From: Camelus ferus
Taxonomy: Eukaryota
Reading direction: 5' to 3'
DNA: 64,000 nt
NCBI RefSeq assembly: GCF_009834535.1
Contig: NC_045697.1
Span: forward strand, 36,520,001-36,584,000
The position numbers were made by a program, and so were the translations under genes. The notes beneath the pieces are model-generated. The model worked only from the letters and a program-made list of their open reading frames with translations, did not search any database and had not been told where the DNA came from. Positions 52,836-63,539 of this stretch are shown here, piece after piece (within the stretch, counting starts at the first letter, position 1; each line of letters opens with the position of its first letter).

Positions 52836-53289
52836 GTTATTAATAGCCACTAATGATCCTGGATAAGCGTAGTTGGCAGCTCAGCACCTGTCTCCAAGAG
52901 GCTTTGCTCTTCTCATCCTGGCTTTTCTTTCCTGCTGCACTATTAGGGGCATGACATGGTACACTCCTTTCCTGCATACAGAGCTGCACAGAGTCCTGGA
53001 ACATACTCTTCTTGAATGTCCAGGATCTACTGTGTAGCACATAACTCATAAGCAGCATCGTATATAATATAGGCATGGGCTTCAAGGTGTACTAGATGTA
53101 TTTCTTATCATCTTGGGCATGTCATGGTGCTTCTCCAAGTCTCTATGGAAAATGAACAATGCCTGCCTTTCACCTTGCATTTCAAAAGGCTATGACATTG
53201 CTGGGTATGAATACAATACAGAAATAAAGGTACTGTTTTTTGTTGTTGCTTCTGTCACTCTTGCAAAAACTGCTGCTTTCCTATTCAAC

Positions 53290-53744
53290 GTCTAATCTCT
53301 TCTTCTTTGTAACAGCCCCCAGGGTTGTTCATGGTGGTAATGTACTTGGTCTCTCTCACAAGTGGGCGACCATGTAACACAATGCTGGCCAATGAGTTTT
53401 AAGAAGAAATTACTGGGTGAGACATCCCAGAAAGCTCTTTAAAGGAGGGAGTCTCTGTTTGCATATTGTATTTTGCCCTTCCTGCCTGATGCTTTATGCC
53501 TAGAACTTGGATGTGATGCTGGAGTTTGAACAGCTATCTTGAGACCATGAGGTGACACATGGTGCTAATCTGAAAAGAGGAAGGAGCCTGGATTCCTGAT
53601 GGCATCAAGGCAACATCATACGAGTTGTGGACTTCCTAGCCTCAGACGCTGTGTCAAATGAGAAAAAGAGAACTTTTACAGAGTTTAACCAATATAACTT
53701 GAATTTTCTACTACCTGCCATCTGATGTAATCCAAACTAATACA
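53290..53744 (+). mobile_element. Old MaLR LTR (MLT1J/K-like)
   Basis: GGCCAATGAG…GATGTGATGCTGGAG…CAGCTATCTTGAGACCATGAGG…AAGGAGCCTGGATTCCTGATG…CTAATACA. Confidence 0.75.
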
Positions 53745-53894
53745 ATCCCTTGGGGATAAAAATCCCACCTTCAAATGGTCATGGATTGCAGCAAACGATC
53801 CTAACCCTAATCCTGGCCCCCAGCCTTTGCCTGTCTGATTCTTACTTATTCTTCAATGTCATCTCAGACATGACCAATCACCTCCTGTTTTCTT

Positions 53895-54020
53895 GTTTCT
53901 TTTCACTAGACAGGGGACTCCTTGAGGGCAGGAGTTCTGCTGGTCCTGTTCTCTATTATATCCTCACCACAGTGCCTAGAGCAGAGTTGATGCTCAATAA
54001 ATGTTTATTGAATGAAAGAG
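53895..54020 (+). mobile_element. L2 3' end
   Basis: CTCCTTGAGGGCAGG…CAGTGCCTAG…TGCTCAATAAATGTTTATTGAATGAA. Confidence 0.8.
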
Positions 54021-56880
54021 AATTCAACTCAGTTAAAGAGTCCATTTTTTTGGACCAGTCTTTCTTGATCACAGGCAAATTAGCAAAAAAGGACTTCAGA
54101 CTTTACAAGAGCCATGGCAGGGGTTAAATATTTATACATATAAATAATAAATGTCCAGAAAGAAAGGAAAAGCGTAAGGGAGCTTTCTGGGTATGAGTGT
54201 TGTGGATGATGTGGTTTCTTTAAAGAATTACTTGGAGATTAATCTGATGGACACTCAATAATTCTCTCAAAAAGTAATGCAGGGAACTGCCTCATCTCTT
54301 CCATGCCCAGGAGAGATAAAAGAGCAGCTCTCTACTAGGTAGGGCCAGGAGGAAGCTGGGTTCAAGGCTGGAAAGTCACATGAAGGATGTATGTCAGGCA
54401 CAGTGAGTGGAGATGTTGAGCCAGGCTGTAATGACCAACAAAACTTGTCACCCACCCACCGTTCTATAGAGTCACACCCCCCTGGATCCTCTCTCCAGCA
54501 GTAAACCCCTCCCCACCGTGTGGACAGCTAGCTGAGCCTGTGCTGCACTAAACACACTACAGAAAAGAACCCCTGAGGGAAGAGAAGGTCAGGAGAAGTT
54601 CCAGGGTAGGTCTTTGGAGAAGAAACTTCCAGGACGTTGGGTTTCAAGTTAATCAAGAAAATAACCCCAGAGAGCCTTCAGTCAGGTGTGCCAGTGACAT
54701 CACATTTTCATTCAGGGCTGTTTTCAAAACTGAACAACGAGCTCTCTATCCGAGATCGTAAACACTGAAGACGGGTCAGCTTTATCATCTCCCATTTTTA
54801 CTAACTGCCACGAGAGAGAAATTACAGGGCAAAGCGACTCGTCCCAAGAAACAATTCAACATGCATGTGTTTTCAAATTCTCTTCCTTCACCTCTAAAAG
54901 GTCATTTCCCAGAGGCAGAAATCATGACTTGTAGAGATTTTTCTCTCATTCTGGGCCTGGCCTCTTGTGGATCCTTGATAAATGTTATATATGCAGATGA
55001 TGATATTGCAAAATGAAGATGGCGCCTTGAGGCTAACATAACTCCCACTCAGGATTAAGGAAGGAAAAGCTTTGCCTCCACACACCCTCCCACTGCTGGC
55101 CTGGGTCAAGAGACACACATCGAATTGGCCCTTGGCAGTGCCCCCACCATGACCACTGGCAGTGTCCCTTGGTTAGGAAGGCTGCCATTGGACTCAGCAA
55201 ACCCATCACTCTTGTGGGAATTCTTTACAGGAGGCTCGTGTGACGGGAGTCTGCAAGCATCTAAGAGGGCAGAGGTCAACAGAATTAGCCAGAAGATTCC
55301 GAACAGTAGCTCACATGTGCAGATTTACTCCCACAGAAGACCTCTCTGGTCTGAAGTCAGAAATAGTTTTCCAAGTCATCACTGGTCTGGTCAGTCACGC
55401 ATACCCACCATTGGTCCTAAATGTTTTAGTTAAGGATTTACATTCAACTTAGGGTCTGAAGTTGTAAAATAACAATGTTTACAAATGAAAATGAATTCTG
55501 CAGAAAACAGGCAGCACCCCTGACGCAGGGCTGCTGTTACTATTAGCAGTGATCCTACGGACAGGCCGTGAGCAGAGCCCTAGAAAACATTTCTGGAGCA
55601 CACAGCCCTTCCTCACGGAACAACCGAAACATTCTAAATGTGATTCATTTCTGCAAGAGCCTTGTATTCAAGGAGCCACCTGCAGTAAGTCCCCATCATG
55701 CAGGTGGAGAAACCTATATGTGGGGCTTCCCGGGAAGCCAGGGACTGTCAGCTCTCCAAGACCCCGGGGAGGGTGTGTGTGCATCCTCATCAGTCTCACG
55801 GTGGCTTTCAACTAGAGTTGCACTTAAGTTCTCCATACTAGTTCTCAGCCGGCCTAGTTTCTATTCATCAAAGCGGCACTAGCGGAAGAATGTTTTTTAA
55901 CTTATTGTATTTTAAACACTGAAACCAAGAATGCAAACTTTATAAACAAAGCTACCTTCTAGGGCAAACATAAGACAACCCTCCCATCCAAGCAGCCACC
56001 AACCTGGAGGCCTCACATAGACATGGAAGGAAAAACACTTGTCCCCTTGGGAGCTCTGAGTTTTCCCAGTTTAAGGGACTCCAGAGGTAGTAACTACTTC
56101 GTCTTCACATCTTTTCCAAGGGGAGGAAGAGGTCGTCTACTGGCCCAGTCACAGGCCCAAGAGAACTCTGGAGTCAGGCTCTGGATTAGCTCCAAATTCT
56201 TAATCCTGGCCAAAAGGAAAAAAAAGAAGACATGCCCAGGGAACAGGGAGGGGGAAAGGAAGTGTATATTAAGCATTTGATGACTAACAAATACAATCTA
56301 TTTTTGGAAATGTTGGTTTCAACCTACTTAGGAAGCTGAAGTGTGGAGGGAGCCAAGAACGAGTGTGGAGGCCCAGCACCTTCCGGGAGAGTTTCCCCTC
56401 CACCCAGGGCTGCCCACGGCGCCTGTGAAGGCCGCGGAGGCTGCAGCTCAGAGAGGTGATGAAAGTTTGGGGTTCTTTCCTGACTTCTGTTTTGCAGACA
56501 TGCATCTCATTATCAGCTGAGCGTTCATCAGGCCTTCCCCCAAGGCTTCCTTGAGGTGTCCGGGTCACTCAGCCAGCATGGGCAGGTGAATGAAATTCCC
56601 ACTCCAGGCAGCGGAGGCCCTCCTGTATCACCCCTCTCCTGGGGGCTCCAGAGACGCCCCGCTGCCTCTTCCCAGCCCTTCCCTGGCACCACTGCTGTCC
56701 TGGCCTTGCTCCCAGATCCATGTGCCACCTTATCCCAATTTTTAGGGATAGCCTTGACCCCAAATCAGTTCTTGATGAGGGGATGGGGAGGGGCTGCTGT
56801 GTTTTCACTGTCTCTCCACAGGCTGCTTCTATTTCTTTCCTTGTCTCTCTCCTCTCTGCTCCTCCCCTGCAAACCTCCAG

Positions 56881-57523
56881 TGGTGGGCAGAAGGATGACC
56901 ACCCCCCTGCAAGATGTCCACCTCCTAATCCTCAGAACCTGTGAATGTGTTACCTCACATGGCAAAAGGGATTTGCAGATATGACTAAGAATCTTGAGAT
57001 CCTGAGGAAAGGATGCTGAATTATCCAGGTGGATTCACTGAGTGGATCCCAATGTAATCGTAAGTGTCCTTATATAAGAAAGGCAGGAGGATTAGAGCCA
57101 CAGAAAGAGATGTGAGGATGGAAGGAGAGGAAAGAGAAAGAGGGAAAGAAGGAAAAGGAGAGAGAGACTCTACACTGCTGGCTTTAACAATGGAGAAAGA
57201 AGGGGGATGGGTAGAGCTCAGTGGCAGAGCACACGTTTAGTGTGCATGATGTCCCGGGTTCAATCCCCAGTCCCTCCATTAAAAAGTAAAAATAAAAAAA
57301 TGAAGATGGAGAAAGAGGCCACCAGCCAAGGAAGGCGGGTAGCCTCTGGAAGCTGAAAGGGATTCTCCCCTAGAGCCAAAAGGAACTACCTTCCCAAGCC
57401 CTTGATGTCAGTGAGACCCTCGTTGGACTTCTGACCCTCGGAACTGTAAGGTAACACACTTGAGTTGTTTTAAGCCACTAAGTTTGTGATCACTGGTTAC
57501 AGCAGCAGTAAGAAATGAATACA
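56881..57523 (+). mobile_element. MaLR solo LTR (MLT1D-like) interrupted by a tRNA SINE
   Basis: AAGATGTCCACCTCCTAATCCTCAGAACCTGTGAATGTGTTACCTCACATGGCAAAAGGGATTTGCAGAT…GTTGTTTTAAGCCACTAAGTTTGTG…GTTACAGCAGCA…AATACA. Confidence 0.92.
57202..57300 (+). mobile_element. tRNA-derived SINE (camelid vic-1-like)
   Basis: GGGGGATGGGTAGAGCTCAGTGGCAGAGC…GGGTTCAATCCCCAG, A-rich tail, and TSD ATGGAGAAAGA at 57190-57200 and 57306-57316. Confidence 0.88.
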
Positions 57524-58624
57524 GCACCCCAACACAGATGCATAGGTGGCAAAAGACGGGCACATGGGGAGGGAGGTCTATTAGGGCCTTTTCTCCTCCC
57601 CATGCTCCTCAGCCCCCTACCCCATTGTGGCCCCAGACTTGGCCCTGGCCCTGCACCAGCACCTGTCGGCATCCACCTCACCTCTGACCCCAGACCAACT
57701 CCCCTGCAGACAACGCCTCTCCTCCCTGGGCAAAACTTGCAGCAGAGGTCACAAATAGACTCCCTTGCCCCTTCTCCTCTGCCTGCACTTCCTTCTGGGC
57801 CATCAGAGAAGAGGTGCATCCTAGTTTAAACAAACACCAACAACAGCAGAGGCTCAGAGGCAGCCCACCAGCCTGAGTTAGATGCGTCTGGCTCAACATC
57901 TAGGGGAGAAAAGTGAGTTCACCGAAGTACTCAGCATGGAAACCACGTGCATAGCATTACACCCAGGCCACTGCTTTGGACACAAACGTCCACGTTAGAG
58001 AATCCGCATGTCTCCAAAGACAAAGACTCAGCTTCATGACTGGAGGAATGTGACCTTTAGATAAAAACACCTGCACCTGCCTCTTTCCCTTGTCAGAACA
58101 GGAACCAAGATAAACACCAGCTTCCAAATTTCCTCTTACAAAATAACTGTGGCATTACTGTTCGCGCTTTATTAAGCGTCTTAAGTGCTCTAAGAGAGTA
58201 CCTCACGTGCATGAGACCCGGGCAGCCGCTGAGGCCGTCCACACGAAGAATGTCAGGAACAGGACGGTGTGAGTGGACAAAATGAGAGGCAGACAGGTGG
58301 AGCGGTGATGTCGGCCACCAGCAGGGGTGGTCCGACCACTGGCTGAAAAATTTGCAGAACAAATAGGTCGGAGGACAAACGTTTTCTAAATTTCTCCTTT
58401 TGAAAACTTAGTTGAAAATACCTCACATCTCCCCAAAGGACAGGTGGGTTTTGCCAATTCCCATAAAGAGGAAATTTTAATACTCATGGGCCAAACAGGG
58501 AGATATTTTTTTCTCAGGTAAAAAACAAGCCATGTCCACCAGGACACCTTTTGGGGAAACAGGAGCCTCAGAGCAAGCTGCTCATCAGATCTTTCCAGTA
58601 TCTTTCACATTTCAAATGCACACA

Positions 58625-58955
58625 AATGAAATAAGCTAGTCACAGAGGACAAACATTGAATGATGCTTCTTCTATGAGGTTCCCAGAGCAATCAAATCAT
58701 AGAGACAGGAAGTAGAATGGTGGTTTACATCGGCTGGAGACGAGGGAATGGGGAGGTTATTTTGTTTGGGTTTGGTTTGGTTTTTTGTTTGTTTTTTTTA
58801 ATGGATATGACATTTTAGTTCTGGAAGATGAAAAAAATTCTGGAGATGGATGGTGGTGATGGATGCACAATGTGAATGTGTTTAGTGCCAACTGAACTGT
58901 ACACTTAAAAATGCTTAAAATGGTAAATTTATATTACGTATATTTTACCAAAAAA
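58625..58955 (+). mobile_element. L1MB-like 3' end
   Basis: CAAATCATAGAGACAGGAAGTAGAATGGTGGTT…TTCTGGAGATGGATGGTGGTGATGG…GAACTGTACACTTAAAAATG. Confidence 0.88.
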
Positions 58956-59079
58956 TTCCTATAAACACCCCACCCCCCAAACTCTACCTCCTGCTGTTTT
59001 CTCACACTGAACTACAGCCATAAACACCTAAAGCGTGTCTTATTTTGAATGAATCCTTTCCTTGGTTGCAAAGCAGAAC

Positions 59080-59640
59080 GCAGAGAAAGCGCCCAGGCCG
59101 GAACAACCCGCCCTTCCAGCGGCGCCGCGAGGGCGGGGCTTCTCGGGATTGGCCGCCCGGGAGGCCCTCCCTACCTGGTTTGAAAGTGATGCTCAAGGTC
59201 GTAGCGCTGTAGCACCTCGTCGCAGTGCTCCGTGAACGGGCAGGTCACCAGCAGCTTGTTGAGGAGCTTGTTGACCAGGATGCTGGATTTCTTGCAGTGC
59301 TGCAGAACCAGAGGCTTGCGATCCACGGGGCAGAAGTCCTTCTCCACCAGGAAGTTGGTGAGGCAGAGCGTGCAGTAGGTGTGTCCGCAGGGAGTGTCCA
59401 GAGGGTCCAGCAAAGCTTGAAGGCAGATGTGGCAAATGAGGTCATCGTCCACGTCTTCTGTGTAGGTGTAGAAATGGTTTTCCTCGGGCGAGTGGGCTTG
59501 GCCGCACACCACGCACAGGGGTGCGGGGCTGGGATCTGGGTCATCGGCAGGATCTGCCTGGCTCATGGTCGACTGGGTCGGGGCGGGGCAGTATGACCGG
59601 AAGCCAACCCACGAAAACACAGCTTCTTCGGGAGCAAATC
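59080..59640. promoter_or_regulatory. CpG-rich island over the RING exon and the proximal intron
   Basis: Dense retained CpGs (e.g. GCGGCGCCGCGAGGGCGGGG, GGCCGCCCGGG) against a CpG-depleted background. Confidence 0.6.
59175..59566 (-). CDS. LNX1: LNX1 first coding exon of the long RING-containing (p80-type) isoform: N-terminal Zn finger, C3HC4-like RING, and most of the second Zn finger
   Basis: Translates [130 protein letters not shown], which I recognise as the LNX1 N-terminus. ATG at 59566 in an ACCATGA context. Donor AG|GTAGGG at 59175/59174. 392 nt, phase 2, joining the 1180 exon as AG+C = Ser. Confidence 0.97.
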
Positions 59641-59667
59641 AAGGTCTTCCCAGAGCCATCCACTAAC
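59567..59667 (-). other. LNX1: 5' UTR part of the LNX1 RING exon; the upstream non-coding exon and promoter are not identified and probably lie beyond 64000
   Basis: Polypyrimidine tract and acceptor TTATTCTCTTTCAG| ending at 59668 on the minus strand, 101 nt upstream of the ATG. Confidence 0.8.
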
Positions 59668-60199
59668 CTGAAAGAGAATAAGACAGCTCATCTTGGATTG
59701 CACAGCACGCTGAATACGCGGCTTGTTATGAACGTGAGGCAGGGCTGCCGGTGGCCAGAAGTGAGTGGTGACTCAGAAGCCAGGGCTGAGTGCCCACTCG
59801 GGTGACTGACATGGCCCGGGGCCAGCGTCTTTGCCTCCTTCTGCCTCAGTTTAACCACCTATCCCAGCAGCAACCACGTTTACCTTTAACAACCTCATGT
59901 TGATGTGGTGAAAATCCTTTGGGTAACATCTGGGAAATGCCCAGAAATACACTCTAAGAAATGTAATTTGTTAACTAAAAAGACCAGTGATTTATAAAGT
60001 TCTCTGTCAGAGAAGGACAAGAAGAAAAGCTGTTAACAGTCTGATGGCTGTCTCTTAGCTTCCCCACCCTTCTCCAAAACTCAGAATATATAGGACCTCG
60101 GAGTCTTCAACTAAATCATCTGAGAAGTTGAGGCTGCTGTATGTTTCTGAAGATAAAGGCAGTGTTTTCTTCTACATGCATTTCATTTACTCAGTCACT

Positions 60200-60410
60200 T
60201 AGTGGTAAAGTGGGTTCTGGAGCCACACCACCTGGGCCAGTCCCGCCACTACTGCGGGCCAATGATTTAAGCTTCTGTTCCCACATCTGTACAATGGGGA
60301 TAAAAATAGCCTACTTCATAGGATTATTGTGAGGATTAAGAGATATGAGACATAAAGCTCTTAGAATTGTCCCTGGAATATAGTAAGTGCACATTGAATA
60401 TTAACTATCC
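60200..60410 (+). mobile_element. MIR SINE
   Basis: CATCTGTACAATGGGGATAAAAATAG…CTTCATAGGATTATTGTGAGGATTAA…TAAAGCTCTTAGAA. Confidence 0.85.
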
Positions 60411-60502
60411 TTACATAATGTATATTTGTTACTGAATTCATTCTGTCTCCAGTCTAGCTCTGTTGGCTTGGAAACTAAAAGCTGAAGTTTCTATAAAGGG
60501 GG

Positions 60503-60542
60503 GTGTGTGTGTGTGCGCGCGCGCACGCGCGTGTGCGCGCGC
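60503..60542. repeat. 40-bp alternating purine-pyrimidine (GT)n/(GC)n tract
   Basis: GTGTGTGTGTGTGCGCGCGCGCACGCGCGTGTGCGCGCGC. Confidence 0.95.
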
Positions 60543-62119
60543 CTGACTGCCTTTGTTCTAATCATCTCTTTTATTCAAAAAAATATATATATATATATTT
60601 CAAACTAGGAGTGTACTATCCCAGCATGTAACTCCCTTTGGTATATAAGTTTAAGATAGAGTGTTTAACATGCCTGATTAACATGACTTCCTGGATAATC
60701 AGTCAATAAAGATTTTTTTTTTGGCCTTCAATCATCTTTATTAATGAGCTGCAGTAGAATGAGATTTGTAACAATGAGAATCATAAACATCTCTGTTTTC
60801 AGTAAACATTTTTTGAGCACCAACTTGAGCTAGGTAGTGAGTTGGCTGTGGAAGAGACCTTCAAGAGAGATTTAAAGGACATGCCTGCCCTCATGGAGTC
60901 CCCAGTCCAGGGAAGGTGGACGTGAACACTATAATCAGAAGTCCAGATAAGCAGTGCAAAGGCAGGTAAGTGCTAGGAGACTCTGGGTCGACTCTCAGGA
61001 CAATTAAGAATCCCGCAGCTACCCCTATCCCTATCCCCCAACTCAACTTCCTAATTTTCTGAAAGTAAATAAAACGACTTTCAGCTTTCCACGGGGATAT
61101 AAAGACACATGAATAACCTAACAGGAAACTAGCCACGTTTGGAAATAGCACAGCAGTCATAAACTGTGTTAGTTTTTTCTTTTCCAAATAAAGTCCGAGG
61201 TTGTTTGTACAAACAGAGACTTATCTGAAAAAGAAAATCCATCGACTTCAAACTTTCACTGAGTCAGCTTCATGTTTACATTTCTGGGCTGCACTAATAC
61301 GCCTGGAAGCACAGTCTGGTCAAGAGGTGGAAGTAAAAGGCCCTGAATGTGAAAGCATGTAGGAATCACAGCATTTTATTTAGCATCCAAAGAGCCCATG
61401 GAAGGCTAAGGCAGAGGGTGCAGGTGAGGGTGAAGTTGTTTCTAGCTCAGTTTCATGGAAACCTACACAGCTGCTGTGTGTCCTTCAGGCTGATAGAAGG
61501 TACTGGAACCTCACAGGAAGTGCTTTAAGGGGCATGAAAAACAGTGGAAAAATAAACACGAGAATGGAAATGGGCCACCCAAAAGATTATCATCTACTCT
61601 AGGAAAGGAAGTTCACGTATTTTGAACTAAAACACTAGATCTTTTAAATTGTAAGAGTTTTGTCGAATACTTCCATGGGTTTGGGTTCTGTCTGTTCTTT
61701 CTCGCTGTGCTGGGCCTGAGAGTGACAGGAGTGCTCTGGTCGAACTACTGAAAAAACGTCACAATTCTGGGCCATTCCTTTATCGGTGAAATGGCCAGAT
61801 TTTTGGTTTGTACACTGTGCTCTGGAAGGTGTGTCAGAGGCCTCAGGGTCTTCCAGAAAAGGAAAGGAGGGATGGTGGGCTGTCTCCACTTCTCCATCCC
61901 GCCCAGTCCCAGCTCCACTTTTATCTCACACATCAGCTTCCTCATAATATTTTCTTCAAAGAACCCTGGCTTAACGAAAATAAAAGCAAACAACCAGACT
62001 AGATACTATGAAATCCCTTTCAGAAACGGAGTCCTATGGTTCTGTGCTAATAAAGTAGAGGTGTTTTATTTTGGGGTGGTTGGCTTTTGGGAAAATCTCT
62101 TTTTTTTTCTTTCTGACAC

Positions 62120-62345
62120 ACTTTTGAGCATTTACCATGTGCAGGCACTATGCTGGGGCCTTAGATATATTATGTTATTTAATCTTTACAAATCCCCAGG
62201 GGTTTTGTTTTGGTTTTTTTTCATTTAACAAATGAGGAAACAGGTGAAGCAGGTAAGAAACTTGCCAGTCACACCAAAAAACAAAAAACAAAAAACCCAG
62301 AGTAACTGCTGACTCCAGTTACTGCTCTTACACATTTTGCTGCTT
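62120..62345 (-). mobile_element. MIR SINE
   Basis: TTGAGCATTTACCATGTGCAGGCACTATGCT…ATTTAATCTTTACA…AATGAGGAAACAGG. Confidence 0.75.
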
Positions 62346-63539
62346 TTCTCCTGGCATCTTTCTTGACTGTGACCAGTCAGAATCCCAAAATGTGACCAAC
62401 TAAATATAGGAGCCCCAGGAAATTAGAAGGTTAAAAATCTCTTTCGGCCTCCTTGCAAGGGGGACCCCCCTTTCCCAAGGTCTCTGAATGAAAGGGCTCT
62501 GACTTTACTGAGTGTAAGATGCCTGAGGAAGGGTGAATGGACAGGGACAAGCAAAAATGGCTGGTTTTAGCTCCAACACCAATTCATTTTTCTTTTCTTC
62601 CTTTTTTTCTCTGAGAGCAATTTGAATTCTCGGGCACTTACTCATGTGAGTAAACCAGATTCTTCACATAATATTAATGTAAACATCACTGTATATATTT
62701 TCCAACTTTGCTTTAGACTAAATAAAGCCTATATGAATAGACACAGATGAGAGAGTTGGCTGAAAAAGCAATTTGGGGCTCCAAAGAAAAAAACTAGGTA
62801 GACTTTAAAAAATATGATTAATATCATTTACCTGATGTTTCTTAGTTCCAGTTTACATCTTATTAGCATGTACGATGGATCATGTTTTTAGACATGTATT
62901 TATCTTGCTGAGGGACTGAGAAGAAATTATCAAAAATCATTAAGGCTTCAAAAGTAAACAATTTTCTCCCCTAAAAGTGAGCGCGAGGGCCTGTCAGCTT
63001 TGAGTGCATCCTCGGTGCTCAGTGTGTGGGCACGCTGGCCCTGGCTGAGAGGAGGAGGGAGCCACAGTGGGGCTTCTTTGCAGTTTGGAGTAAGAAAGAG
63101 CAGGAAGTGGGTTCTCTCCTCGGGTGTGTGTAGGGTGGTGGGGGCGGAGACCTTACACCTCCTTGGTAGGCCCTGTTATGGCTCAGGAACCAACCTTCCT
63201 CCTTCCTCTCTGATTTGGGGTGGAATAGAGGCCTGAGGTGACTTTCAGAGAGAAGTGTCGTCCACCAATGTCGTGCTGGAAAGTACCACGAAAAGTAAAA
63301 ATCTCCCTCAATCCCCACTTCCTTTCCCATTCGTTTATCTTGCTGGAAATCGCTACAGAAGTTCTTCTCCCTAACTTGCAAATTCTACACTTTCCTGATA
63401 ACAAAGGTGCATTTCAGAGCAAAAGTGAGTCAGCAGTGTCTGCAACCGAGAGGGTCTTCAGAGGGCGTATGTACACTGACTCCTGCACTGGAAAAATCCG
63501 GTAGACTGAAGACTTAAAAGCCTTAAGCACAGCCTTTGG

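Larger units (their letters stand above)
1181..59174 (-). other. LNX1: About 58-kb LNX1 intron of the long isoform, which hosts the nested alternative first exon (about 50 kb for the short isoform)
   Basis: GT...AG boundaries with matching phase; repeat-rich, with no other recognisable coding exon. Confidence 0.9.

Noticed and set aside
59193..59596. Overlapping alternative-frame and antisense ORFs over the RING exon
   Set aside because: Expected by-product of GC-rich coding sequence; no independent evidence.
59567..59620. N-terminal extension [18 protein letters not shown], and the similar extension at 51116-51220
   Set aside because: Starts come from GTG/TTG codons allowed by the ORF caller; homology begins at the ATGs at 59566 and 51115.
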